From positions 254,005 to 318,004 of the forward strand of contig CAVWPA010000003.1 in NCBI GenBank assembly GCA_963756875.1: a stretch of DNA of 64,000 nucleotides. The letters run 5' to 3'. The DNA comes from an uncultured Verrucomicrobiae bacterium. Its GTDB lineage: Bacteria > Verrucomicrobiota > Verrucomicrobiia > Chthoniobacterales > UBA10450. A program made the translations under genes and the position numbers. The notes under the pieces were generated by a model that searched no databases, was not told where the DNA came from, and was given only the letters and a program-made list of their open reading frames with translations. Positions 1 through 9,693 of this stretch are shown one piece after another (position 1 is the first letter of the stretch; the number at the start of each line of letters is the position of its first letter).

Positions 1-266
1 GCCGCCGGGAAGTTGGCCCGGAGTTCTTCCAGATATTTCAATGATCCCGTGGCGGCCAGCTCTTTGATTTTCTCCGCGATGCTTTTGCCGATTCCCGGAA
101 TTTTCGCCAGCGCCTGTTCGTCCTGCAGATCGGGCAGGTTACCGCCCCAGGTTTCGAGGGAGCGCGCGGCATTGGCATAAGCCCGGATCTTGAATGGATT
201 CTCCTCCTTCAATTCGAGAAGAGTGGCGATCTCTTCCAGGACTTCGACGATCTGGGTCTTTGTCAT
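1..266 (-). CDS. DNA polymerase X family protein, N-terminal fragment (gene continues past left edge)
   Basis: Own minus-strand translation from ATG at 266-264: MTKTQIVEVLEEIATLLELKEENPFKIRAYANAARSLE...IPGIGKSIAEKIKELAATG. This is the helix-hairpin-helix N-terminus typical of bacterial PolX. Edge-truncated, so absent from the ORF track. Confidence 0.6.
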   Translation of the reverse strand, partial: MTKTQIVEVLEEIATLLELKEENPFKIRAYANAARSLETWGGNLPDLQDEQALAKIPGIGKSIAEKIKELAATGSLKYLEELRANFPA

Positions 267-302
267 TATTTTAACGGTTAGCCTAGAATCGCTGAGCGTC
301 GA

Positions 303-1535
303 ATGCGACAGGAGACCGGGCGTTGTGCTAATCTGGGTGTGTTCGTGAAGAAGATCGTTTTACCTGTCACGCTCAGCGTTTTCGCAACCGCAACCGCTTG
401 CGCGGTCATTCTTTTCAGTACGGCCGATCCGTCAGTCAACACGACCCCGCCGACTGGCGATCTGTCCGGCAGCGGATGGCAGTACCAAGGATTTTGGGGC
501 GGATACCTTGGGACGCCCATCGCGCCGAACTTTTTCGTTTCCGCGCACCACATCGGCCGGGCTGGATCGGTGTTCACGTTTCAAGGTGTCGACTACCATT
601 TAGTGGCGACCGGCAATCCGAACGATCCTTACAAGCACTTCGACGATCCATACAGCGATCTGATGATCTGGCAGGTAATGGAAACCTTCCCGACCTTCGC
701 GCCGCTTTACTCCGCCGGCGACGAGGTTGGCAAACATCTGGTCGTGATCGGACGCGGTACGCAGCGCGGCAGCGAAATTATCATCAACGGCGCTTTGCAC
801 GGCTGGAACTGGGGGACCGGCGACGGGGTCGAACGATGGGGCGAAAACATCGTCACCTCAATTGTTCCGGACCCTGGCCTGCGCGAACTTATCCAAGCCA
901 CCTTTGATGAAAACGGTTTGCCCAGCGAAGCGCATCTCTCCAGCGGCGACTCGGGCGGCGCGGTCTTTCTTCAAGACAACGGTGTCTGGAAACTGGCGGC
1001 GATTAATTACGGCGTCGATACCGGATATTACACGGACGCAAACGGAACGAACGAGCTTTCGGCTGCCGCGCTCTTCGATACGCGCGAGTTGTATTACGAA
1101 GACCAAACGAATCCGCCGCATTACACTCTCATCAGCGGCCCGGATCCGGCGCCAACCGCATTTTACTCAACGCGAATCGTGGCGTGTCTCGGTTGGATCC
1201 GTAGCGTGATCGATCCAAATGGCGATGCGGATGGGGACGGAATCCCAAATCTGCTTCAGTATGCGCTCGTTCTTAATGCCCCCGGGGAACGGGGATACGG
1301 CGCGACGCAAGCGTCGCTAAGCTCCGGGTTGCTTTCGCTTACCTATCGGAAGATCACCACGGCAATGCAGCTCCAATATGACGTGAGAGAATCCACCGAT
1401 CTCGTTTCGTGGACAACAGTGACTCCCCAGGAGCAGATCGTGGAGACGCGGGGAAACGTGCAGACGATCAAAGCCAGCGTGCCCGTCGGCTCGAACACGC
1501 CGCTGTTTTTACGTCTTCGCATCACCCAGCAGTAG
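303..1535 (+). CDS. secreted trypsin-like serine peptidase (chymotrypsin fold) with DxDGDG-containing C-terminal tail
   Basis: 410-aa ORF. Signal-like VKKIVLPVTLSVFATATACA (alternative GTG start near 345). His context FVSAHHIG and Ser motif GDSGGAVF. C-terminal DADGDGIPNLLQYAL plus a beta-rich tail. Confidence 0.7.
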   Translation: MRQETGRCANLGVFVKKIVLPVTLSVFATATACAVILFSTADPSVNTTPPTGDLSGSGWQYQGFWGGYLGTPIAPNFFVSAHHIGRAGSVFTFQGVDYHLVATGNPNDPYKHFDDPYSDLMIWQVMETFPTFAPLYSAGDEVGKHLVVIGRGTQRGSEIIINGALHGWNWGTGDGVERWGENIVTSIVPDPGLRELIQATFDENGLPSEAHLSSGDSGGAVFLQDNGVWKLAAINYGVDTGYYTDANGTNELSAAALFDTRELYYEDQTNPPHYTLISGPDPAPTAFYSTRIVACLGWIRSVIDPNGDADGDGIPNLLQYALVLNAPGERGYGATQASLSSGLLSLTYRKITTAMQLQYDVRESTDLVSWTTVTPQEQIVETRGNVQTIKASVPVGSNTPLFLRLRITQQ

Positions 1536-1540
1536 GCCCG

Positions 1541-2176
1541 TCACATCCGCCCCCGGCGCTTGTAGAATTTGTAGCGGGCAATGATTGAATCGACGTAATT
1601 CCGGGTCCCCGGAAACTGGATCTTCCGGCGAAACTCTTCCCCCGAAGCGGCCGGATCGTTGCCGTCGGCCCAGCGCTGTGCCCGACTGGCCCCGGCATTG
1701 TACTCAGCCAGCGCAAAGGAAAGCGGCTCGGCCTGGTTCTCCCAGTGCTCGAGAGCGCGTTGCAAATACCAGGTTCCGGCTTCCAGATTTGTTCTGGGAT
1801 CGTAAAGCTGCTCCGGCCGGAAATTGGCAATCCTGTTTTCCTGCGCCCATTCATTGGCGGCTTTCTCGCTCACCTGCATGAGACCGCGCTCGCCTGCGCT
1901 GCCACGCTTGTGCGGATCGAGCCGGCTTTCGCGCCACACCACCGCTTTAACCAGCATGGGGTCGAGATGATGCTCGGCCGCAACCGACCGGATCAATTTG
2001 TCGTACTGTCGAAAGCGCGCCGGACTGATCCATTCATAAAACGTGTAGACCGGATCGCCGGAGCGCACCGCCAGATAGCCAAATCCTGCTACGAGCGCCA
2101 GCAGAACGCAAAGGATCAACTTGAACAAAAACCGGATCACGTCAGCATCAATCAACGCATCGCCCCAGATGATCAA
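1541..2176 (-). CDS. lytic transglycosylase (SLT domain), membrane anchored
   Basis: 211-aa ORF with an N-terminal hydrophobic anchor. Catalytic Glu motif VVWRESRLDPHKRGSAGERGLMQV and AEYNAG. The start is TTG at 2176 or GTG at 2140. Confidence 0.8.
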   Translation of the reverse strand: MIIWGDALIDADVIRFLFKLILCVLLALVAGFGYLAVRSGDPVYTFYEWISPARFRQYDKLIRSVAAEHHLDPMLVKAVVWRESRLDPHKRGSAGERGLMQVSEKAANEWAQENRIANFRPEQLYDPRTNLEAGTWYLQRALEHWENQAEPLSFALAEYNAGASRAQRWADGNDPAASGEEFRRKIQFPGTRNYVDSIIARYKFYKRRGRM

Positions 2177-2196
2177 TTAAAAATCGGCGCAATGGC

Positions 2197-4428
2197 ATGA
2201 TGAAGCCCAGTTTTGTTCGGGTACTTATCGATCGCGCGATTCATCGCGAGCTGGATTATGCGGTTCCCGAAACCTTGTCGGACCGCATCGGCGTCGGGTC
2301 GCGGGTGCGTGTTCCTTTCCGGGATAAATCCGCGCTCGGCACCGTGGTGGTCACCCTGGAGCACAGCGACGCCAAGGGAATTCGCCCGATCGAAGCGCTT
2401 GTGGGCGAAGCACCAGCCTTCAGCGAGCAGCTTCTCGAGCTGGCGCGATGGATGAGCGCTTATTATTGCTGCCCGATCGAGACCGTGATGCGAAGCCTGC
2501 TTCCACAGGTGATTCGACGCGCGGAGATCGGCTGGAAGAAGCAGCTGTTCGTGCAGCCTGCGCGCTCGATTGACAACGAGGAGCTCGAAAAACTCAGGAA
2601 ACGCGCGCCGCGCCAGGCCGAACTGCTGGAGGCAATCCGCCCCTTGGAAATGCCTGTTCGCGCCGCCGAGCTGCTGCGCAAGACATCGCTCGACAATCAA
2701 ACTCTGCGCGCGCTCGCCAAACGCGGGCTCATCGAGCTGCGTGAGGAAGCCGTGGAACGCGATCCACATGGCGACGAGCAATTTCTCGCGACCGCGAACC
2801 TCGAATTGAATTCCGAGCAGGCGCTCGCCCTCAAGCCGATTTTTGCCGCGCTCGATTCCCCCGGGAACGCGCGGCCGATCCTGCTGCACGGAGTCACCGG
2901 CAGCGGCAAAACCGAAATCTATTTGCAGGCAATCCGCGCCGCGCTCGATCGCGGACAAAGCGCCATTGTTTTGGTCCCGGAAATCTCGCTGACGCCTCAA
3001 ACCGTCGAACGTTTCAAAGGCCGGTTCGCCGAAGCGCACGATCTGGTCGCGGTTTTGCACAGCCACCTGTCGGAAGGCGAACGTCATGATGAATGGCACA
3101 AGATCCATTCCGGACGGGCGCGAATTGTGATCGGCGCGCGGAGCGCCGTTTTCGCGCCGCTGAAAAAACTTGGCCTCATCATTGTCGACGAGGAACACGA
3201 GACCACTTACAAGCAGGAAGACGCTCCCCGTTACCATGCGCGCGACGTCGCCGTCATGCGGGCGAAGATCGAGAAATGCGCCATCGTGCTCGGAAGCGCC
3301 ACACCCTCACTGGAAAGCTATCACAACGCGACTACGGGCAAATATCAGCTGGCGACCCTTACCCAGCGCGTGGACGAGCAAAAGATGCCGCTCATGCGCA
3401 TTGTCGATCTTCGCCAGGAGCGACGGAAAGGAAAAGCGGCTGCGATCTTATCGGAAAAATTGCGTCAAGCCATTGGCGATCGACTCGAAAAAGGCGAGCA
3501 GACAATCTTGTTTTTGAACCGGCGCGGCTTTTCCACCTCCCTGCTTTGCAGCAACTGCGGCAAGGCGCGCGACTGTCCAAATTGCAGCGTGGCGCTCACT
3601 TTTCACCGGCACATCGCGCGGCTGAGCTGTCATTTGTGCGGGCACACCGCAGCCGTGCCAAAGAAATGTCCGGAATGCGGCAAGGACGCGTTGATTTATG
3701 TGGGATTCGGAACGGAAAAAGTGGAATCAAACGTTTCACATCTTTTCCCCAGGGCGAACGTCCGCCGCATGGATGCTGATTCCATGACGCGGAAGGATGC
3801 GTATCGGGAAACTTTGAACAGTTTTCGCACGGGCAAAATCGACATCCTGGTCGGCACACAAATGATCGCCAAGGGCCTGCATTTTCCAAACGTGACACTG
3901 GTGGGGATCATTAACGCCGATCTCGCGTTGCACCTGCCCGATTTCCGCGCCGGCGAACGGACGTTTCAACTTCTCACCCAGGTGGCCGGACGGGCCGGCC
4001 GGGGCGAGCAGCCGGGAGAAGTATTCGTGCAAACGTACACGCCGTTCAGTCCATCGATCCAATTCGCGCGGCACCACGATTTCGCCGGTTACTTCCAGCA
4101 GGAACTCGAATTTCGCGAGCGCTGCGATTTCCCGCCATTCAAGCACGCCATTCTCATCACGGTGCGTTCGGCGCACGAAGAGCGCGCAAAGTTTTCAGCC
4201 GCGACGTTGGGCCGCCGACTGAAGGAAGCGGTCGGCACCAAATTTATTCTGAGCGAACCAACTCCGGCGCCACTGGAGAAACTGCAGGGCCAGTTTCGTT
4301 TTCACATTCTGCTGCGCGGGGAAGCGATCATGCGTTTGAGCCGGCTGGTGCGCGAGACCCTGGAGAAGCTGCCGTTCCCGGAAGACGTGGCCGTGACGGT
4401 GGACGTCGATCCGTATCAGTTGCTCTAA
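2197..4428 (+). CDS. priA: primosomal replication-restart helicase PriA
   Basis: 743 aa. Walker A GVTGSGKT, DEEHE box and a zinc-ribbon cluster CSNCGKARDCPNCSVALTFH..CHLCGH..CPECG. Confidence 0.95.
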   Translation: MMKPSFVRVLIDRAIHRELDYAVPETLSDRIGVGSRVRVPFRDKSALGTVVVTLEHSDAKGIRPIEALVGEAPAFSEQLLELARWMSAYYCCPIETVMRSLLPQVIRRAEIGWKKQLFVQPARSIDNEELEKLRKRAPRQAELLEAIRPLEMPVRAAELLRKTSLDNQTLRALAKRGLIELREEAVERDPHGDEQFLATANLELNSEQALALKPIFAALDSPGNARPILLHGVTGSGKTEIYLQAIRAALDRGQSAIVLVPEISLTPQTVERFKGRFAEAHDLVAVLHSHLSEGERHDEWHKIHSGRARIVIGARSAVFAPLKKLGLIIVDEEHETTYKQEDAPRYHARDVAVMRAKIEKCAIVLGSATPSLESYHNATTGKYQLATLTQRVDEQKMPLMRIVDLRQERRKGKAAAILSEKLRQAIGDRLEKGEQTILFLNRRGFSTSLLCSNCGKARDCPNCSVALTFHRHIARLSCHLCGHTAAVPKKCPECGKDALIYVGFGTEKVESNVSHLFPRANVRRMDADSMTRKDAYRETLNSFRTGKIDILVGTQMIAKGLHFPNVTLVGIINADLALHLPDFRAGERTFQLLTQVAGRAGRGEQPGEVFVQTYTPFSPSIQFARHHDFAGYFQQELEFRERCDFPPFKHAILITVRSAHEERAKFSAATLGRRLKEAVGTKFILSEPTPAPLEKLQGQFRFHILLRGEAIMRLSRLVRETLEKLPFPEDVAVTVDVDPYQLL

Positions 4429-4530
4429 CTGGTTGGGACGCCGCGCAGCGGCAAAGCCGCTCAAACTCGATTTCTGAGCGCCGGACGGCGCTGCCCGCTT
4501 TAACATTGTGCTCGGAGAGCCCGATCCACC

Positions 4531-4556
4531 TGTAGCCACGGCGCTCTGTCGCCGTG
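4531..4556 (+). repeat. GTAG-headed REP-like hairpin (R1)
   Basis: TGTAG CCACGGCG ctctgt CGCCGTG, in the gap between convergent priA and gdhA. Confidence 0.4.
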
Positions 4557-4666
4557 CCGCGCCGGAAATCGAGACCAGGAGAGGATCATTGCTGGTGGGG
4601 CGCCGTAACGCGAGTAAAGCAGCGGCCTGGCCTGCAAACTCCGTCGAGCCGACGAATTCTGATACT

Positions 4667-6028
4667 CTACACCAGCCCCTGGTCCATCATGGCGTTGGCG
4701 ACCTTCAGAAACCCGGCGATGTTCGCGCCGTTCACGTAATTGCCCGGCGTGCCGTATTTCTCCGCGGTCCGATAACAGACCTCGTGGATCGTTTTCATGA
4801 TGTTGTAGAGCCGGTTGTCCACTTCTTCACGCGTCCATGAGATGCGCATGCTGTTCTGCGCCATTTCCAGCCCGGACGTCGCCACGCCCCCCGCATTGGC
4901 GGCTTTGCCGGGACCGAAAAGAATTTTCGCTTCGAGAAACTTATTGATGCCGTCGATCGTGGTCGGCATGTTCGCGCCCTCCGAGACGACATACACGCCA
5001 TTCTTCAGCAGATTGGCCGCATCCCTGCCGTTAATTTCGTTCTGGGTCGCGCTCGGGAACGCGCACTGTGCCTTGTGGTTCCAGAGCGGATTGTGATCCA
5101 GTTTCCGATCGACCGGCGTAAATTCGGCGCCTTTGAACTTGTCGGCGTATTCCGAAATGCGGCCGCGCCGCACGTTCTTCAGGTCCATGACAAACGCCAG
5201 CCTCTCGCGCGTGATCCCGGCCTCGTCGAAGATGTAACCGGTGGAATCGGAAAGCGTGACCGGCTTGGCCCCCAACGTAATCAATTTTTCGACGGTGTAC
5301 TGCGCGACATTTCCGCTGCCGGACACAAGCGCAATTTTGCCTTTGAGCTCTTCTTTGCGGGTTTTGAGCATTTCTTCCGCAAAATAAACCGCGCCGTAGC
5401 CGGTCGCTTCCGGGCGAATGACCGAGCCGCCCCACGTCAGACCTTTGCCGGTCATCACGCCGGTGAATTCGTTCCTGAGCCGTTTGTACATTCCGAACAA
5501 GTACCCGATTTCCCGGGAACCGACACCGATGTCTCCCGCCGGAACGTCCGTGTTCGGACCGATGTGGCGAAACAACTCCGACATGAACGCCTGACAAAAG
5601 CGCATCACCTCAAAATCGCTTTTGCCTTTCGGGTCGAAATCGGCGCCTCCTTTGCCGCCGCCCATTGGCAGCGTGGTCAGCGCGTTTTTGAATACCTGCT
5701 CGAAGGCGAGGAATTTCAAAATGCCGAGATTGACCGAGGGATGAAATCGCAACCCGCCCTTGTACGGTCCGATGGCGCTGTTCATCTGGATCCGGAACCC
5801 GCGATTGACAAGAAATCTGCCGGCGTCATCCCGCCAGGGAACACGGAACATGATCACGCGCTCCGGCTCGATGATGCGCTCGAGAATTTTGTGTTCTCGA
5901 TATTCCGGGCTCCGCTCGAGCACGAGCGCGAGCGACTCCGCCACTTCCTGCACTGCCTGGTGAAACTCCGGTTCGGCCGGGTTTTTGGCCTTCACCTCGG
6001 CCATTAGATTCGAAACGTAATTTTGCAT
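4667..6028 (-). CDS. gdhA: NADP-specific glutamate dehydrogenase
   Basis: 453 aa. Signature LPMGGGKGGADFDPKGKS, dinucleotide fold VSGSGNVAQY, full-length. Confidence 0.95.
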   Translation of the reverse strand: MQNYVSNLMAEVKAKNPAEPEFHQAVQEVAESLALVLERSPEYREHKILERIIEPERVIMFRVPWRDDAGRFLVNRGFRIQMNSAIGPYKGGLRFHPSVNLGILKFLAFEQVFKNALTTLPMGGGKGGADFDPKGKSDFEVMRFCQAFMSELFRHIGPNTDVPAGDIGVGSREIGYLFGMYKRLRNEFTGVMTGKGLTWGGSVIRPEATGYGAVYFAEEMLKTRKEELKGKIALVSGSGNVAQYTVEKLITLGAKPVTLSDSTGYIFDEAGITRERLAFVMDLKNVRRGRISEYADKFKGAEFTPVDRKLDHNPLWNHKAQCAFPSATQNEINGRDAANLLKNGVYVVSEGANMPTTIDGINKFLEAKILFGPGKAANAGGVATSGLEMAQNSMRISWTREEVDNRLYNIMKTIHEVCYRTAEKYGTPGNYVNGANIAGFLKVANAMMDQGLV

Positions 6029-6199
6029 GAAAACTGCCTTTGTTTGCGCGGCTGCCGCGCGTTAGATACGAGAGCTTAAGCTACGTCCAACAGCAAATAA
6101 AACAGAAGGAAAAATTTGGCCCAGGCAGGGATGGCTCTCCGAGCCGTCCGACGAATCCGCGGAGCGCCTTCCCACGGCCTTAGGGAAACGAGTGCCAAT

Positions 6200-6466
6200 C
6201 TATCGGAGCCGGTTAACAAAATTGTTGTATTCCTCGCGCGTACCGATCCAGAACCATGCAACGACATCACCGTCGCGACGTGCTACGGCACGATAGTGAT
6301 CTCCGATTCGGGCCGACCAAACGTTTCCGCCGAGCGGCTTGAACTGCATGGATGGATGAAATGGATCGCCCATCCAGACTTGAAACTTGTCGCGGGCGAG
6401 GCATTGGACGTGCCCTGGCAGTCGATTGAATTCATTCCAGAATCGCCGATGCGTTCTGGATTTCAC
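6200..6466 (-). CDS. type II toxin, RelE/ParE superfamily
   Basis: 88 aa. FKPLGGNVWSARIGDHYRAVARRDGDVVAWFWIGTREEYN matches the RelE/ParE-type C-terminal pattern. 4-nt overlap with the upstream small gene. Confidence 0.8.
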   Translation of the reverse strand: MKSRTHRRFWNEFNRLPGHVQCLARDKFQVWMGDPFHPSMQFKPLGGNVWSARIGDHYRAVARRDGDVVAWFWIGTREEYNNFVNRLR

Positions 6467-6663
6467 GGCATATCGCGGAGCCGCCCCGCCTTGATGTCGT
6501 CTTCGACTTCGCGCAGAACATTATCCAGGTCGCCACTGCCGATGTCGCGCTTCATCTGCTCGTCCCAATCGTCGTCCTTCCAGCCATGCAGCCATGCGGC
6601 AAGCTCGGCGCGCTGCTCGAACGGCAGCTGCGCAATTGCAGTTTTGATTTCAGCAAGGCTCAC
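6463..6663 (-). CDS. antitoxin (addiction-module component, LP..eR type)
   Basis: 66 aa. N-terminal MSLAEIKTAIAQLPFEQRAELAAWL motif, acidic C-terminus, stop overlaps the toxin start. Confidence 0.7.
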   Translation of the reverse strand: MSLAEIKTAIAQLPFEQRAELAAWLHGWKDDDWDEQMKRDIGSGDLDNVLREVEDDIKAGRLRDMP

Positions 6664-6771
6664 ACGTCGATCTTACCACCGTCCGATCGCTCTTCCAAGT
6701 TCCAGCAATGCAGCCGGAAAAGTGTCGATAGTAAGCCCTGACCCCCATTCCCGATCCATTCCCTACTGTTT

Positions 6772-6792
6772 TGTAGCCGGATCAGTGTCCGG
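6772..6792 (+). repeat. GTAG-headed REP-like hairpin (R2, short stem)
   Basis: TGTAG CCGGA tcagtg TCCGG, in the divergent intergenic region between the TA operon and the cNMP gene. Confidence 0.25.
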
Positions 6793-6858
6793 TCATTTAG
6801 ATTGTCCGATTTTGGCCGGCAGACCGATTTCCCGCACAACTCTTGCTGATCAAAAGGA

Positions 6859-7896
6859 ATGGCTGCCAGAGACTTTTTTGCCTTTTGCAGGTCGCTCCAT
6901 TTGCTGGAGTTAAAGGCAATAGGTGAGCTATCCCGGGTGAGACATTTTGAAGAGAACGACCTTGTTTTTTCCGCGGGCGATAGCGGCGATGAGCTTTTCA
7001 TCATTAATCACGGATTGGCCGAGATCACGCCGGAGCCGTTCCATCCCGGAATGGTCGCGACCGTGCTCGCGCGCGGAGATGTCTTCGGCGAGGCGGGTGC
7101 CCTTCTTCATCTTCCAAGGCGTCAGACGGCTCGTGCTCGCGCTGCACTCAGCGTGCAATGCTTTCGGGGACAAGATTTTCAGGAACTCCTCCGCCGCGTC
7201 CCATCGTTCTTCGTCTTCCTGTGCGAAAAGCTGGCCAACCATCTGTTCCTGGCAAGCGAGATAGGGAAATCTCAAGAGGGCGATCTCGAATTGACCGGCA
7301 ACCTGGCCAATTTTGACGTCGTGACGATCTATCAAACCATCATCCGGTCGATGCAGACCGGTCTCCTTACCATCGCCGATGAAAATGCTAAGACGGTTTG
7401 CGAGTTTTATTTCGATAACGGGGCTCCCCGTTGGGGACGCTTTCAACAGCTCAAGGGCGAAGAAGCGTTCTGGCAGCTATTCATCCAAACCCGCCGCGGC
7501 TGGACGTTCTCCTTTTCCAAGAAAGCGCTGGTCCGTGCCGATTGGACCGACGAGAGCGCGATCAGCCGTAACCCGGATGAAATGCTGATGACGGCGATCC
7601 ACATGCGCGACGAATTTGAAGATCTGTGCAAGCGCATGAGTGACGGCGCAGCCAGTTTGAAGCGCCAAAAATTGAACTTCGTTTGGCCAAGCACCGATCT
7701 CGAGGAACTGCGGCCACTGGCGGAAGAGATTTGGCAGATCGCCTATAGCCAGCCGATTTCATTGACGGATCTGTCTGGACGTTGCGGCCATTGCGGACTC
7801 AAAGTCTATCGGGCCGTGGACGAAATGGTGCGTGCTGGAATTGTCGCGTTGCAAAGCAACGGCGAAGCGCCGAAGCCGTTGGAGGCCGCGCCCTGA
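6859..7896 (+). CDS. cyclic-nucleotide-binding domain protein with DUF4388-like C-terminal half
   Basis: 345 aa. cNMP-type barrel motifs (VFSAGDSGDELFIINHGLAEI, GDVFGE) followed by LTGNLANFDVVTIYQTI..TGLLTI..FYFDNG..GEEAF, typical of DUF4388. Confidence 0.65.
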   Translation: MAARDFFAFCRSLHLLELKAIGELSRVRHFEENDLVFSAGDSGDELFIINHGLAEITPEPFHPGMVATVLARGDVFGEAGALLHLPRRQTARARAALSVQCFRGQDFQELLRRVPSFFVFLCEKLANHLFLASEIGKSQEGDLELTGNLANFDVVTIYQTIIRSMQTGLLTIADENAKTVCEFYFDNGAPRWGRFQQLKGEEAFWQLFIQTRRGWTFSFSKKALVRADWTDESAISRNPDEMLMTAIHMRDEFEDLCKRMSDGAASLKRQKLNFVWPSTDLEELRPLAEEIWQIAYSQPISLTDLSGRCGHCGLKVYRAVDEMVRAGIVALQSNGEAPKPLEAAP

Positions 7897-7906
7897 AGTT
7901 TACGAG

Positions 7907-7934
7907 CGGCTGTCTGGGGAGCACAGACGCTACA
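7907..7934 (-). repeat. GTAG-headed REP-like hairpin (R3, imperfect)
   Basis: The reverse complement reads TGTAG CGTCTG tgctcccc CAGAC(a)GC. Lies between convergent genes. Confidence 0.25.
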
Positions 7935-7937
7935 TCC

Positions 7938-9290
7938 TCACGCCTTCTTAAGCGTGAAGACGTGACTCTCCGGCTCACGGTATAGAATCAATTCAACCAA
8001 CACCGGCTCGTTCGGGTAGATGAAATTCATGCTTGTTGGCTGAAACACGTCAAGACCGAGCGCCTTACTGCTAGGGTTACGAAAACTAATGTCATCAGAA
8101 AGCCTGGCGGCGGCGACACTCAGGTCGATCTCGCAATCGGTATGCTTCCTTAGGAAATCGATCAAGTCCGTCGTGTCGAAGAAAAAACTCCGGTAACTCG
8201 AATTCAAGGAATACGTGGTAACCTTCTCCAGAATCTCGCCATGAATCGTGCGCCACACAACGTTACTGCTGCCAGGGCGCGGGTCGTAAAAGTCGATGAC
8301 GTAGTCGGTAATGTCCGCTCCAAATTGATCTCGCAGGTGGAAGACGACGTGCATGTACTGATGAAAGTCGGTATTAGCCGGATCCGCCATGAAAGTTGTG
8401 GCCGTTTGCTTGTCGCAGCTTTCGACGTGGGCCGCGTAACCAGCGGGAGTAACCGAAAGCGAGTTGAGTAAAATCTTTTCCCACTCCTGGTGCTGGACTG
8501 GCTCGTTGGGATCATGAATGGTCGTGTGGTTTCTGGCAAAAACTGCGAATGCAATACGCGGCTTAACGTCAACCTGATCCTCAAACTTCGGGTTTTCAGG
8601 GTCGGCAAAATCGGCCAGGAAATAATGAGCGTTCAGGTTCGCGGTTGAAACTCGCACGGTGCCGTCGCTGCCAGGCTCGTGGGCAATCTCTCGAAGACCC
8701 GAATAATGCGATGACCCAACCATTACGGTTGCAAGCACATTGTCTGGATCGAAGATTGGGAACTTCGAGTTGAAAAGGTCGTCGAACGCGAGCTGCCACG
8801 AGTATGGCGACGCAAGTTCGAGCGCGTTCAGAATACGCGTCCCCGTTTCTCCCAGATGCTTGAAGTCCCATCTCCAGCCCTTAAGAAGCCGGCCAAGTAC
8901 GGATTTGCCCAGGGCGGCCAGCGGCGATCCAAAATTCGCAGGCGCCAGCATGCAGAGCCGGCGAACAGGCGTTCGCGTGGCGTCCCGCGTCCCATCGGGA
9001 CGTGTGCAGACCTGGCGAAGAAATTCCCGGGCGACAAGACCGCCGGTGCTATGAACGACAAGATCGAAGCTGTGACGCGACGTCGCGATTTTGTTGGCTT
9101 CAAGCGCGCGAATAAAGGCGTAGCCGAGATCTGTCATCTCGATCTTGTCGTGCATCGAGATGTAGTTGCCCAGCCAGATATCGATCACCCTGAAGCCCTG
9201 ATTTTTTAAGTAATCAGCCAGAGGCTGAAACGACTTGGAAGAATCGCTCCAACCATGCAGGATCACGAGGGGGAGATCGGGCTTAGGCAC
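7938..9290 (-). CDS. alpha/beta-hydrolase (class-2-lipase-like N-terminal half) with uncharacterised ~220-aa C-terminal half
   Basis: 450 aa. PLVILHGWSDSS, nucleophile elbow VVHSTGGLV, LAPANFGSP. I recognise no motif after about residue 230. Confidence 0.65.
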   Translation of the reverse strand: MPKPDLPLVILHGWSDSSKSFQPLADYLKNQGFRVIDIWLGNYISMHDKIEMTDLGYAFIRALEANKIATSRHSFDLVVHSTGGLVAREFLRQVCTRPDGTRDATRTPVRRLCMLAPANFGSPLAALGKSVLGRLLKGWRWDFKHLGETGTRILNALELASPYSWQLAFDDLFNSKFPIFDPDNVLATVMVGSSHYSGLREIAHEPGSDGTVRVSTANLNAHYFLADFADPENPKFEDQVDVKPRIAFAVFARNHTTIHDPNEPVQHQEWEKILLNSLSVTPAGYAAHVESCDKQTATTFMADPANTDFHQYMHVVFHLRDQFGADITDYVIDFYDPRPGSSNVVWRTIHGEILEKVTTYSLNSSYRSFFFDTTDLIDFLRKHTDCEIDLSVAAARLSDDISFRNPSSKALGLDVFQPTSMNFIYPNEPVLVELILYREPESHVFTLKKA

Positions 9291-9323
9291 CGCCCGTATC
9301 CAACCAAAAAAGACCGCTACCCG

Positions 9324-9614
9324 TCAAAACGCTTCTTCCGAGCTCAAATTCAGAGGAACCAAATTTCGCATTTGCGCAACACGCCAATTAGATATGGCCC
9401 GCCGTTCTCCCCCCAGCAGGCCAAGAAAGTTCTTCAGTGCATAGAGTTCGAGCGCGAATGGGACGTAGCCGCCGTAACCCAATAATGGCATTTCAAAAAT
9501 GTGCAGGAACCCGGCACCAGGCGTGTGATATACCCACTTCGGAAACGAGTAATGGTTCCAGAGCTCCCCAAAAAAGCCGCATACCACTCCGGCCACGGCC
9601 AGTGAAATGACCAT
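9324..9614 (-). pseudogene. C-terminal fragment of an integral membrane protein (no N-terminal part present)
   Basis: The 96-aa ORF starts inside a TM helix (VISLAVAGVVCGFFGELWNHYSFPKWVY...PLLGYGGYVPFALELYAL) and overlaps the out-of-frame helicase remnant. Confidence 0.35.
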
Positions 9615-9693
9615 TCGCCAGTCGCCGTTCCCCAGATCTTGGAGAAAATGCGGCCGACCCTTCCAGTGATTGACTGGCTCGCAGGGCGCAGCC

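Noticed and set aside
2173-3237. 354-aa minus-strand ORF
   Set aside because: It is antisense to priA, has no recognisable domains, and shows the compositional pattern of an antisense frame.
5075-6007. 310-aa plus-strand ORF
   Set aside because: It is antisense to the clearly real gdhA.
6116-6913. 265-aa plus-strand ORF spanning the toxin-antitoxin locus
   Set aside because: It overlaps both TA genes on the opposite strand and has Ser/Arg-rich low complexity. The TA pair has the better coding logic, with a 4-nt overlap and family motifs.
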